Shown here: piece after piece, positions 28,716 through 39,300 of the stretch
Layout of the letters: every line of letters starts with the position of its first letter
Numbering within the stretch: the first letter of the stretch is position 1
Source: an uncultured virus (IMG/VR IMGVR_UViG_3300010885_062120)
Taxonomy: Duplodnaviria > Heunggongvirae > Uroviricota > Caudoviricetes
Length of the DNA: 64,000 nucleotides
Virus record (IMG/VR): IMGVR_UViG_3300010885_062120
Direction: 5' to 3' (one strand)
Notes under the pieces: model-generated
The model's database searches: none
What the model was told of the DNA's origin: nothing
The model's input: the letters and a program-made list of their open reading frames with translations, nothing else
Program-made: the position numbers and the translations under genes

Positions 28716-31700
28716 TTACTCAGAAATTAAAATGTCTCCATTAGGTGTGAACTGCAAACCAACTGGATGAATAACCCCACTCCAGTCTGCCCTAACTCTT
28801 CCAGAAACATCATATTTAACCAGCCTACTATTGGTGCCATTTGTTGCAACATCATCTAAAGCCACCCAGAAATATAAATTATCCGGATCTGGTAAGGCCC
28901 TGACGGCATCTGCGCCTACAGTTGTTATAGTAGCCAAAAGAGTATTATTTCCAGACGTGGTTTGATTTATCAAAAGAACTTTGCCGTTAGTTGATGGACT
29001 CAAGGCAGGAGCTGCTACTAATAAATTTCTACTCGTTAAATCTAGTGGATCAGGCGTATACAAATATGCACTACCACCCTTGCCTTCTGTAAATTCTACA
29101 AATGTTTTCGAAATTGTTTTAGAATCTATAGTTTCTCCAAGATTACTGTAATTTTTGACTGAATTTTCACCCACCATGGCTACTACCCAATTATTAGATT
29201 CTATAACTTGGATACTTATTGGAGAATAAATATTATCAAAAACTACTTCTCCAACAAATACAAGTATTTTAACTGGTGTTTCTGATTGAGGGCCTATCAA
29301 ATCAGAATCAATTGCGCCATTTAAATTAAAATCTCCATTTACAGTGGCGGTTGTGCTTTCAGTTAATAATCCAGTAAAAGATACAAATTCAGTCTGTGCA
29401 TAACTTCCCGATCCTACAATTTCATAAAGCTTTGTATCTCCATCAATATATGATGGGAGATCTGTTCCATCATTGTTGTCTGTAGATGTAGATTCGGCAG
29501 AATACGCCACTCCGTCGTTGCCGTCAGATGTAATAAAGCCAGTTCCAATATTCAGGAATATATCGCTTGACCATGAATCAATTTGAGTTTTTAAAGTTCC
29601 AGTAAACGTCACGACTAATGTTGCTGTTTTTTGCGTAGTGCTATTTAAAGGCGTTACCGGGGAGAATTTTTCAATTTTAACTTGGTTGGCTGCAGGCCTC
29701 CCTGTGTTATCAAACCCTATGACCTGAACACCCGAAGACACGGATACTTTTTTCAGTGCATCACTTGTGTTAGCAAAATTAATATATTGACTAAAAGATA
29801 TCCACATCTTTCCAAGTCTTGGATTATATTGAGCCGTTAATGCCACTAAGTCTCTGTTGTTTCTTTTGAGTCTTAAGTTGCCTTGGATAGCCCTTACAAA
29901 ATAACCGTCTTGATCTACTTCTACAACTCTATCGTTTGCTGTGTCAGCAAAAATATAATGATTATCAACAGTCTGAAAAACATCTCTAGGGCTTTCAAGG
30001 CCTTTTCTAACACTGTAGTTAAATGCTTGGACTGGTGTTGTATATAAATCAGACAATCCTATTAATAAATTATTATTTTCTGTTGTGCCAAATCCATTAG
30101 AATAGTCGCCAAGCCCATCGTTCCATTTAATAAAATTAAAATAACCAACTTCACTTGTATCATTAAGCTGAATTCTGTTATTTGTAGGAGGATTTATTAT
30201 ATTAGTAAATGTCCTACCTGTTAAGAAGTCTGCATTTGTAGTCCAGACCTGAGGCGCTGCTGCTCCAGAAATGCTAGTGAAGTGTAGTTGAATAGAATCA
30301 ACTTCTGGCGAGGACAATCTGTCACTTGATGATGTAAGCAAAACAATTACATCTATATATCTGCCAGTATTGTTTCTTGCATCTATTTCATATGTTGTTT
30401 GTGAAACATCATAGGGCAAAGCGCCATTTAATGCTAATTCTGTGTCTTTTGTTCTAGTTTTTATTACATAAGAACCATTATTGCTAACTATATCCCAAGT
30501 AACTTTATTATATAAAGGGGGTGGGGTATTCCCATCGAATCTAAAGGTAAAGGTTCCAGATTGATTATAATAAATATCATTCCAGGTAAATATACAGCCT
30601 TGTAAATCAGGGAAAATACCTTCTGCTGGCGCTCCGTTTTGTCTTACATAGCTAACTCTGTATGGAAGATCTCCTGGATATGTCGTAGGTACGTTTAATT
30701 CTATTTTAAATTCAAAATCGTTATTATAATAAAAACCAAAACCTATTACCTGCGCTCTGCTTGATGAAGCTATAAAACTATCCATGTTTACTTCTGTATA
30801 GTACTGAACGCCTGCGCTTGGTCTAACCGCTGCATCATGTATTAAAACAGAATCCGAAACATAAATACCTTCACCCTCTAAAAAATTAACTGAAGTTCCC
30901 GTACCATCACTCAAAATTAAGTAAGCATAGATATTTGTAAATCCAGCCCTTGGATCCGCTGGGTTGTCTGGTAGGTTTACAGTATAGCCTATTGCTAATT
31001 TATTTACTCCACTGTAATCTCTTGGGTCTCCACTAAATAAAGTATAAAGGTATTCAAATAAACTAATATCTGAGTTTCCGTCTAGTGAACTTGATGCAAA
31101 GACATGGTTATAATACCAAGGACCGCCAGAACCTGTATTAATAGTTGAATCACTTATCTTACTATAGGAATAAGGCTTAGACAAAGTAAAATAACTACTT
31201 GCTGTAGTTCCAAATATTTCAATATTTCTTGAAAAATAACTACTACCAACTTCGGCTGATGTATCAGTTGCTGCATAAGCAGTACTAAAGTCGGTATTAG
31301 TCGTCCAGACAACAAAATCAGATATGGCTGCTTGAGCTTCTCCACCAATTATTTGATGATTAGTTCTGTCAATGGTAGCTAGTGTCACATCCACTGGGAC
31401 ATAAGGTCTGGAAACACCAGTTAAGCCCACTCCTGCCCATGTGCTATACCAAGACACAAACGAGTCATTTTCATTGTATCCTGGTAAATAAAGTATTGCA
31501 TTAATTAAATTTTTATCTACATCACTTAAATCTGGTTGTTTTTTAAGTGCTATAGCCAATTGAAGCATGTTGGCTATAAAAATATCTGACAATCTGGGCG
31601 CGCTTGAGTCTTGCAGTTCTGCCAACAAAGAATCTATCTCACTATGGGTTAGTGTGCCTTTGTTGGAAAGCGTTTCGTGATCTATTTGGGGTATTCTTTC

Positions 31701-32363
31701 GGGCGCAAAAGTACCCGATGTAACAGTTGATGCATCTAAGTCAGAAAGAAACACTCCAGATAATTTACCTTGGACATGAGCTCCTAAATCTATAGGACTT
31801 GGATTTCTTGTTCCGCCAATATGCTTGTGAGCGTTTATTCTTGCATTTAAGGTTTCAAATAAGCTAATTACTACTCTTCCATAGTCAGCTGTATTATAAA
31901 CGGTATATGTAAAATTGGTACCATCATAATCAATTTCAACTGCACCAAGGCCTATGTAATAGTTTGGGTCATTGATTTCTGAAAGAGATGCAACAAAGTC
32001 GACTGTTGATAATTCTGGAGTTGTCGTGTTAGGAGTAGCATATATCCAATATGTTATAGGATAAACACCGCCAACCGGATATGACAATGTAACATTTATG
32101 TTACCAGTTGTCCTAGCATATTTCCAAGCTACATGGCCTTCGCCTGATGTAATATATACTGATAGTCCAGTTGTATCAGTTGGCGGCTGTATTAACCATG
32201 AAGCTGTATTGCCATCTTCTAATACACCATTACCAAAAATAGTGTATAGGTGTAAAAGATTATTTTCAATGGCAAGAAAACGAATCTGATCCATATCTAG
32301 CATTTCGCCAGTACGATCTGAAGCTTCTAAATAACCAAACCCATAAATATTCGTTTTCTTCAT
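28716..32363 (-). CDS. Large virion protein, N-terminal paralogue of 10464..16934, NHL-like C-terminal repeats
   Basis: Shared HxHxGG..PS.I.L and G.LSG..L.D..A.T...G...P.RI..DH blocks; PRDV..IFADTANDRVVEVD NHL-like repeat. Confidence 0.65.
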   Translation of the reverse strand: MKKTNIYGFGYLEASDRTGEMLDMDQIRFLAIENNLLHLYTIFGNGVLEDGNTASWLIQPPTDTTGLSVYITSGEGHVAWKYARTTGNINVTLSYPVGGVYPITYWIYATPNTTTPELSTVDFVASLSEINDPNYYIGLGAVEIDYDGTNFTYTVYNTADYGRVVISLFETLNARINAHKHIGGTRNPSPIDLGAHVQGKLSGVFLSDLDASTVTSGTFAPERIPQIDHETLSNKGTLTHSEIDSLLAELQDSSAPRLSDIFIANMLQLAIALKKQPDLSDVDKNLINAILYLPGYNENDSFVSWYSTWAGVGLTGVSRPYVPVDVTLATIDRTNHQIIGGEAQAAISDFVVWTTNTDFSTAYAATDTSAEVGSSYFSRNIEIFGTTASSYFTLSKPYSYSKISDSTINTGSGGPWYYNHVFASSSLDGNSDISLFEYLYTLFSGDPRDYSGVNKLAIGYTVNLPDNPADPRAGFTNIYAYLILSDGTGTSVNFLEGEGIYVSDSVLIHDAAVRPSAGVQYYTEVNMDSFIASSSRAQVIGFGFYYNNDFEFKIELNVPTTYPGDLPYRVSYVRQNGAPAEGIFPDLQGCIFTWNDIYYNQSGTFTFRFDGNTPPPLYNKVTWDIVSNNGSYVIKTRTKDTELALNGALPYDVSQTTYEIDARNNTGRYIDVIVLLTSSSDRLSSPEVDSIQLHFTSISGAAAPQVWTTNADFLTGRTFTNIINPPTNNRIQLNDTSEVGYFNFIKWNDGLGDYSNGFGTTENNNLLIGLSDLYTTPVQAFNYSVRKGLESPRDVFQTVDNHYIFADTANDRVVEVDQDGYFVRAIQGNLRLKRNNRDLVALTAQYNPRLGKMWISFSQYINFANTSDALKKVSVSSGVQVIGFDNTGRPAANQVKIEKFSPVTPLNSTTQKTATLVVTFTGTLKTQIDSWSSDIFLNIGTGFITSDGNDGVAYSAESTSTDNNDGTDLPSYIDGDTKLYEIVGSGSYAQTEFVSFTGLLTESTTATVNGDFNLNGAIDSDLIGPQSETPVKILVFVGEVVFDNIYSPISIQVIESNNWVVAMVGENSVKNYSNLGETIDSKTISKTFVEFTEGKGGSAYLYTPDPLDLTSRNLLVAAPALSPSTNGKVLLINQTTSGNNTLLATITTVGADAVRALPDPDNLYFWVALDDVATNGTNSRLVKYDVSGRVRADWSGVIHPVGLQFTPNGDILISE

Positions 32364-32376
32364 ATTTGACTATCCG

Positions 32377-32598
32377 CTATGTTGTTTTTGGAGCATGCTC
32401 TGATGTAATGTCTTCAACTCCCCAAGTAGAAATACCCCACCTGAACACTTCAGTTGATTGTTTAATGTTATATTCTGTAGTAAAAGGCACATTTCCGACA
32501 AAGGTATTTACAGCTGAGCCATCTGGCATTTTAGTATTTGGAACTGTTTTAGCAATTTGTGTTGTAATTACCGAAGACAAAGATGTGAATCTAGGCAT
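32377..32598 (-). CDS. Small hypothetical protein
   Basis: AGGGG SD; fills gap on operon strand. Confidence 0.6.
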   Translation of the reverse strand: MPRFTSLSSVITTQIAKTVPNTKMPDGSAVNTFVGNVPFTTEYNIKQSTEVFRWGISTWGVEDITSEHAPKTT

Positions 32599-32619
32599 AA
32601 ATCAAAACCCCTTTAGAAA

Positions 32620-35600
32620 TTATTCTCCAATAATGTCTGGAAATCTTTCACCATCAATGCTGGCTTTGATAATATTATTATCAATATCAAAAGTATAATC
32701 TACATTTGCATAAATATAGCTACCAGTTTGGTTCTCAGAGCCACCCTCAAATGATTTTATAACAAAAGTGCCAGACGTGTTAAGTGGCTTGGTCACAAAT
32801 ACGTTTAATTTAATAGCTGTATATGTTTCTCTTGCAAACTTTTCTCGGAAATAAAACTGTTCTCTAGCTATAGCTTCATTTTGGAAAAAATTTGTTGCTT
32901 CATCAATTGCAAGATATTCTTTATGGTATCCAACATAACCTAATACAGGCTGGCTTTGATAACTTCCGATATCTGTATTGGTACTTGGATTTCTCACAAA
33001 TTGATTCAATTTTTCCAAAGAAGTTGAACTTAAGGCATTATTGATGCTTTTAGAAGAAGACTCTTTATAAAAAATTGATGAATCATGCAATTTTGTTGCA
33101 AATATGACTTTACTATGTAAATTTGAAATTCTTGTTGATTCTGTCCATCCTTGAGATTCTACTATACCGTGCTCTCTGTCAGGATTTGAATTTGCAAGTT
33201 GGATAATTCCATTAGGATCAGAATTGTCGCCAGCAAAAAACAAGCTATCTTGTGGCTCATCACTTCTAAGGCTTAAAACATATCTATGCTTTCCAGGATT
33301 CCAGTACAATACTGGTAATCCTTGATCTCTACTAAATGGATCTCCCGGAGTATAAAGCATTAAATTCAAGACAGTTTTAACTACATTTTTAATTACTTTA
33401 GATTTATCAACTGTTATAACATCTCTTGCTAAGCTTGTTGGAAAATTTGCACCTAGTGCACCAATTACTTTATTAAAAAAGTTTTTATATAATGCATCGT
33501 ATGTACCATCTGTCTTTTCTGGCCTAGGCTCATAAACGTTTATCAATCCTGCAAAATAAAAACTTTCTTCAAGCATTCTTTTTAAATTTCTATTATTCAT
33601 GGAATAGCTTGAAGTTGTATTAAACCTAATATCTGAAAGCAAAGCATCACCTAAGTCTTGACAATTTACATTGATTGTAAAACCGTCTGGTGTTCTGCTT
33701 ACAGTAACATCTCTGGCAATTCCTTGGAAAAATGTATTTAACTTAGAGTCATATCCAGCTTTTAATGTAAATACAAGCGTATTTTCCTGTATTGCATTTA
33801 AAATTTGTATACCAACTAAATCATTTGTCAAGTTTGCAAAAGTTAATATGGCAGATGCTGTTTGATAAGAATTATTTCTATTTTCTCGATTATAATTAAC
33901 GGTAACGCGGGCTGAAGTCAAATAAGATGATATATCTGAATAATTTCCCCAAATGGGCCGAGTTATTAACTCTCTTTGCGCAGATTCTGGAAAATTTCTA
34001 AAATAGAAGAACACAGGCCCTTCTATTGTTGTTTCATAATTAATTTGACCTGTGACCAAAGTTCTTTTATTATCTGGAACAGTATTGTCTGTAACAACGT
34101 TATTTTCTTCATAACTAAATTCTGGTGTATCAAAGTAATCTGAATCTGAAGCATTTCTTCTTCTCCAGTCACCATAGAATGTTGGAGAATCTGATTCTCC
34201 AGTCCCTAATATATCTGTATATATTGGCTTTCTTTTTGTAATAAAACCTTGTTTAAGCTGAGTAGGACTACAGGAACCTGTAAGATATTCTTTTTCAGGT
34301 ACATTAAAATTAATAACAATTCTATTTCTAGCATCATTATTTGTTGTGCTTATATAATCAGCATTAAAATTATTAAAACATATTGGTGAATATGTAAAAC
34401 TAGATGCTATATTTTTAAAATAAATTTCAATTATAGATTTTTCTGGAATAAAAGGCTCATAAATAGCATCATCGCTTGACTCTTCTGTAAGCTGGTCTAC
34501 TTTTATGGGCTCAAATACATTCCAAGTAGATACATCTGGATCGAAACCAATGTACATATTTGAACCAGCATAATGTACAAAAATATCAACTTTATCTGAT
34601 GATCCAAAGGTTGGGCCATTCAAATCTACTCTACCCCAGTTATTTAATATACTTTGCATTGTATTATTGCTCTGGGTGCCAGGCCTTTTGTATCTTAAAC
34701 TTGGGGCTTGGTTAGCCGTGAAAACTATAACAAATTCAGTAATTCTTCTCTTTGCTGGCAGTTCATTTTTATAACCCCAATAAACTAAAACTTGACTTGT
34801 TTCAGCAGAATCTGTGGTTACAAATCTTGAAGGGTTTGTGATATCCAAATGCATCCAAAATCCACAGTTTGGGCCACCTTTGGCTTTGATTTCTTCTGGA
34901 GAATTTATAATTCCATTGACTTTTGGATAATAAAGTGTACATTTGCCTTCTGAATTATCATAGATAAAATCATCTGCTATAGGGAAGATTCTTCTTAAAA
35001 TACAAGATGTTCTTTGAGCATGAACGGTTACTTTGGCACCATTCTGGGTTACATTGGTGGAAACATAAACTCCACCGGCTGCTTTATAGTTTGTAACACC
35101 AGTGTTTAATAAATATGTTAATTTTGTTTGATCTACATTTCTCTGAGTCCAAATATTATAAGTGGATCTTTCGGTAAGCGAAGAAAAAGGACCAACTTTG
35201 GACATTGGAACAAACGGAAAGGATCCAGGAGGATATACAGCAGTAACACCAGCGCCTGAGCCTATTAATGCTTGGCTTGCCCTTGGTGTGTTTTTCTTTG
35301 ATCCTTGCTTAACGGTGTAAGTAATCTCTGGGTTATATTCAGAAGTAACTCCACCTTTAAGCAAATTAAGAATTGGATGGGACAATCCAGGCGCTATTGC
35401 ACCCTCAGAAAATGTAGCTGCTGGGGCCCCTATCAACAAATTTAATTTAGGTATTAAACCGCCCGCGCCGGTGGATAATGTCCCTATGTTTGGGGAGTAT
35501 TTATTTCTTTCAATCTGTTCATAAAAGGTAGCTGAAAGAGTATTTGAAGGATCTTTTTGTTGTTTATATCTAGAGTTTACTCCAAATATAGATCCTTGTT

Positions 35601-35667
35601 CAGGCAAATAAACAGCACTTACAGTACAATTGATATTAAGTTGTCTTGGCGAATTGTTAGAAGCCAC
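32620..35667 (-). CDS. Putative tail/baseplate-hub-like protein
   Basis: GTG start with AAGGAG SD; C-terminal half DISSYL..A.V...AGY....FFQG...V...INCQD resembles hub proteins. Confidence 0.5.
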   Translation of the reverse strand: MASNNSPRQLNINCTVSAVYLPEQGSIFGVNSRYKQQKDPSNTLSATFYEQIERNKYSPNIGTLSTGAGGLIPKLNLLIGAPAATFSEGAIAPGLSHPILNLLKGGVTSEYNPEITYTVKQGSKKNTPRASQALIGSGAGVTAVYPPGSFPFVPMSKVGPFSSLTERSTYNIWTQRNVDQTKLTYLLNTGVTNYKAAGGVYVSTNVTQNGAKVTVHAQRTSCILRRIFPIADDFIYDNSEGKCTLYYPKVNGIINSPEEIKAKGGPNCGFWMHLDITNPSRFVTTDSAETSQVLVYWGYKNELPAKRRITEFVIVFTANQAPSLRYKRPGTQSNNTMQSILNNWGRVDLNGPTFGSSDKVDIFVHYAGSNMYIGFDPDVSTWNVFEPIKVDQLTEESSDDAIYEPFIPEKSIIEIYFKNIASSFTYSPICFNNFNADYISTTNNDARNRIVINFNVPEKEYLTGSCSPTQLKQGFITKRKPIYTDILGTGESDSPTFYGDWRRRNASDSDYFDTPEFSYEENNVVTDNTVPDNKRTLVTGQINYETTIEGPVFFYFRNFPESAQRELITRPIWGNYSDISSYLTSARVTVNYNRENRNNSYQTASAILTFANLTNDLVGIQILNAIQENTLVFTLKAGYDSKLNTFFQGIARDVTVSRTPDGFTINVNCQDLGDALLSDIRFNTTSSYSMNNRNLKRMLEESFYFAGLINVYEPRPEKTDGTYDALYKNFFNKVIGALGANFPTSLARDVITVDKSKVIKNVVKTVLNLMLYTPGDPFSRDQGLPVLYWNPGKHRYVLSLRSDEPQDSLFFAGDNSDPNGIIQLANSNPDREHGIVESQGWTESTRISNLHSKVIFATKLHDSSIFYKESSSKSINNALSSTSLEKLNQFVRNPSTNTDIGSYQSQPVLGYVGYHKEYLAIDEATNFFQNEAIAREQFYFREKFARETYTAIKLNVFVTKPLNTSGTFVIKSFEGGSENQTGSYIYANVDYTFDIDNNIIKASIDGERFPDIIGE

Positions 35668-35692
35668 TTTTTATTTACTCCTTCTTTTAACT

Positions 35693-35718
35693 TTTCGAGC
35701 CTTATAACCTGAGGCCCT
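35693..35718 (-). promoter_or_regulatory. Putative phage promoter AGG-N17-TCGAAA
   Basis: Exact 17-nt spacing; just upstream of the SD of the 35667 gene. Confidence 0.5.
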
Positions 35719-35734
35719 TTAATAATGTAAGTTA

Positions 35735-36277
35735 TTAATTTTTAGGAGCCAATATCATGATCATAGATTTGCCATCAAGAACAGGATGTTTTTCAACTGT
35801 TGAAATATCGGAAACAGATGCAACTAATCTATTTAAAATATTTTCAGCATATTCGGGGTAGGTGATTTCTCTGCCTTTGAATTTAATTAAAACTTTAACT
35901 TTATCACCGTGCTTTAAAAACTTAATTGCACTATTCAGTTTTACATTGAAATCGTGATCTTCAATCATAATGCCAAGCGTAAGAGTTTTCATGTCAACCT
36001 GCTTTGCTGCTGCCTGGTGTTCTCTTAGCTTTTTAGATAGTTGATATTTATATTTACCATAATCTAAAATTTTACAAACTGGTGGTGTGGCATGTGGTGC
36101 GATTTCAATCAAATCCAAATTCATGCTCTTGGCCATTTCCAAGGCCTTGACAGCCGCTACTATACCCTGCTGTTCGCCATCTTCACCCACTAACCTAACT
36201 TCTCTAGCTCTAGGCAAATCATTAAAAAATTTAAGGATTTGATCATTGACTCTTGGCAACAAATTATTTTCTGACAT
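35735..36277 (-). CDS. infC: Translation initiation factor IF-3
   Basis: RAREVRL, LDLIEIAP..PPVCKILDYGKY, HD...K, GDKVKV..FKGRE; ATG start with AAGGA. Confidence 0.95.
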   Translation of the reverse strand: MSENNLLPRVNDQILKFFNDLPRAREVRLVGEDGEQQGIVAAVKALEMAKSMNLDLIEIAPHATPPVCKILDYGKYKYQLSKKLREHQAAAKQVDMKTLTLGIMIEDHDFNVKLNSAIKFLKHGDKVKVLIKFKGREITYPEYAENILNRLVASVSDISTVEKHPVLDGKSMIMILAPKN

Positions 36278-36317
36278 TTATATTCCTTTTAATATAATTA
36301 TAATAAATTGTACACTA

Positions 36318-39300
36318 TTACGAAACTTTTAATCTTTCTGAAACACTACCTGAGTTAAATAATTTTCTCACCATAATATCAGATTCATTATCATTGGTAA
36401 TTTTATAATATACAAACATTTCACTATCATGATCTGGGTTTTTACTCACAAAGAAACCTACAGACTGCCTATGAATGTCTACTTCTACAGCACCATCTTG
36501 ATCCACAGCTAAATATCCTGAACTTACAAGAGTTTGAAGATATGGGTGTGCAGGATTATCAGAAGCTGTAAAATCTCTGTTTCCAGCAACTAAATAAATA
36601 TTATTTACCATATATCGATCATAAAAATCTTTATATTGTATCTTTGCTACAAATATTTTTCCAGCACACCAAAATGCACAATATGTTAGATCCAAAGGTT
36701 TATAATAGCACAATACCGGGCAATATACAGCAGTTTCATTTGAAGCCGTGCTAGAGAAACCCATGTCAATAACTGCAAATGCAGTTGTTATTTCTTCGGC
36801 GCCAGATGTATAAACTTTGGCTGTAATCTGATTTGGAGTGCCCTCTAAAACATACGCCATAGTCAAAAACCCATTTTTATCTATACTTATGCTAGGCCTT
36901 GTTTCAATAACTGTTGCTCCACTCAAATATTTTGTGTACTCCACATATTCGCCTGTAAAGTCTATAGTGGTAGCAATATCAGTCGGACCATCTACCAAAT
37001 AATTATAACCTGGAGCCAATGTGCCATCAATACTTGCATCGTAAGGATTTAACACTCGGAGCATTAAAGCACCTGGGCTTACAATTCCAACTACATAAAT
37101 ATTTTTGTCCAAAGGCCAGAACCTAACATCTGGTTTGGTAATTTTAAATGTAATTTGTCTAATTACATTTGCAAAACTATCATCAGCAAGATTATAATTT
37201 GGTCCAATCCAGTAATCTAATGTACCCGCATCTGAATTCAAAGATAAATTTATTTTACTTCCATCAGTATCTTGAGTTTCTGTAGCCAAACCTAATATAT
37301 CTCCAATTTGGCCTGATTCATCTGCGCTTAGGTGAAATAAGATTGGATCTTCGCCAGATAATATTTTTCTAGATCCATTAGATTGACCAGCTATTAACCC
37401 AGAATACATTGGTGTATTCATAGGATCATTTAATTTAATATATCTTATTGGAGTTGAAACATCTGAGCCATCCTCCTGAACGCCATTTGATACAATATGA
37501 GTACTTATTTCAAGTTCATCTTCAATTGCTTTAACTGTGTCTTCTGTTGCGATTGTAACAGAATCATCTAGAACAGTTCTTATCTTCAGTGCGGCTGGGA
37601 ATGTAGAATTAAAAGCAAATCCGCCAATAACACTTACTTCTATTCCCTGTGGTAACTTAACAAACCACGTTGGAGAATATAAAGCGCCCATGATCATAAA
37701 TTCTTTGCCATTAGCAATTAATTGTGCCTTCAGGGTTTCTGCATCTGCGAAGAACCAAAATTGCTGCGAGTCTAAAGAACTACTAGGTACCAAATCTAAA
37801 TCTTCATAGAATCTAGTAGATCCTGTAAACCCACCAGCATCAACTATATTTAATTTTGTCAGACCAGATGTGCCAGGCGTTGCCGAAGTAACTGTTAAAT
37901 AAAAATTTTTAATTCTTGTGCCAATTGGATTGCCATTTAGTGCAGCTCTAATGTTCGCAAATTCTGCATCTGTTAAAATTTGATTATTTGATGATCTTGG
38001 ATATGCAATGATTCTAAAAATAAGCTGTGTATCAGTACCTGTTATAAAATATGGCTGATTAATTGTTGCAGAATATGATAAATAAGCTAGATTCGCATTA
38101 GATGCATGGCTAGGTGTGAGATAAGGAGATGTAAATACTCTTTCGGTTACTATGCCATATCTATCAACAAAAAATGCCATCAATTTATATGTTGCCGGAA
38201 TTCTTAAGCTGTCTAAATTATAATCAAGTTGAAAACTTACATTCCAAGTGCTTGCATTTACTCTTCCGTCTTGAAATGTAGAACTATTAGTGGAGAACTC
38301 TGCATAGTAACTCACTGATTTGTCATCAAAAAGTGACCATGATGGATACTCAAGACACAAAAGTGGTTCTGGGGGCGCATAATTACCTGGCCCACTTTCG
38401 AGTGACAGTAATCCAACACGAGAGTCTCCTGTTGGATTAATATTAGAATCTATAAGAGTAAACTTATTATTATATGGGATATAACTTGAGCCAATACCTA
38501 TGACTCCTCCCTCGTAATAATTTCTCGTAATTCTTAAAGAGTTTGAGGCATCTGTATTAAAATGAACATAATTTGTTCTGTTAAATAAATAATATCTTGA
38601 TGCACTCAGAGAATCAGGTGTATTTTGTAATATACTTGTTTCCAAGCTGGTAGTAACAGGATCTAATTCTAGCTCTATGGTTGGAGGGTTCAGGTTTTGT
38701 GCAAAATTATTTGCACTTGTTGCATTCTGTGGGTATGAGAAAGTATAGACACCAACTACTACTTTAGTCGTTGGTGAAGCAAAAATACTTTGATAAATAT
38801 TATTTACAGATTCTCCTATCAAACCATCTGCAAATCTCAAGATTTCATAACTATTTAAATCCTGAGTCAGTGGTGGAGAAACAATCAAATTTTCTAAACT
38901 AGAAGGCGATCCTATGCTTAATTTTATGGATGGCTTTGGATCACTTATATTGGTTGGATCAGTATCATATTTTTCAAAAATTATTTCTGTATTAGAGTTC
39001 CTATATTGATGAGGATTATTATAATTTATAACTTCTTCGCCAGGGTGGAACCAAAATCTTAAAAATATATGTGTATTAGTTTGATTGCTTGAGTCATTAG
39101 ATCTTGCTTTAAAATTAAATTTCCATTGGCCTTTTCTAAACAAAATGCTAGAACCAAGCAAATCATCAGTCGAATCAACTGTAAAGTAAGCTAAAGGATC
39201 TAAGCTCAAAGGATCAAAGTTAAAAGGATCTTCATTTTCAAGCAAAGAAACACTTCTAACTAAATTAGTAATTTCTGCATTAGACACCCCCGTGGTTTCT

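Noticed and set aside
3147..36277. Bacterial chromosomal origin suggested by dnaJ, lepB and infC
   Set aside because: Usual neighbours (dnaK/grpE, thrS, rpmI, rplT) are absent and the context is virion-type genes.
36278..36297. Hairpin around the infC SD
   Set aside because: Only 7 A-U pairs; expected by chance at this AT content.
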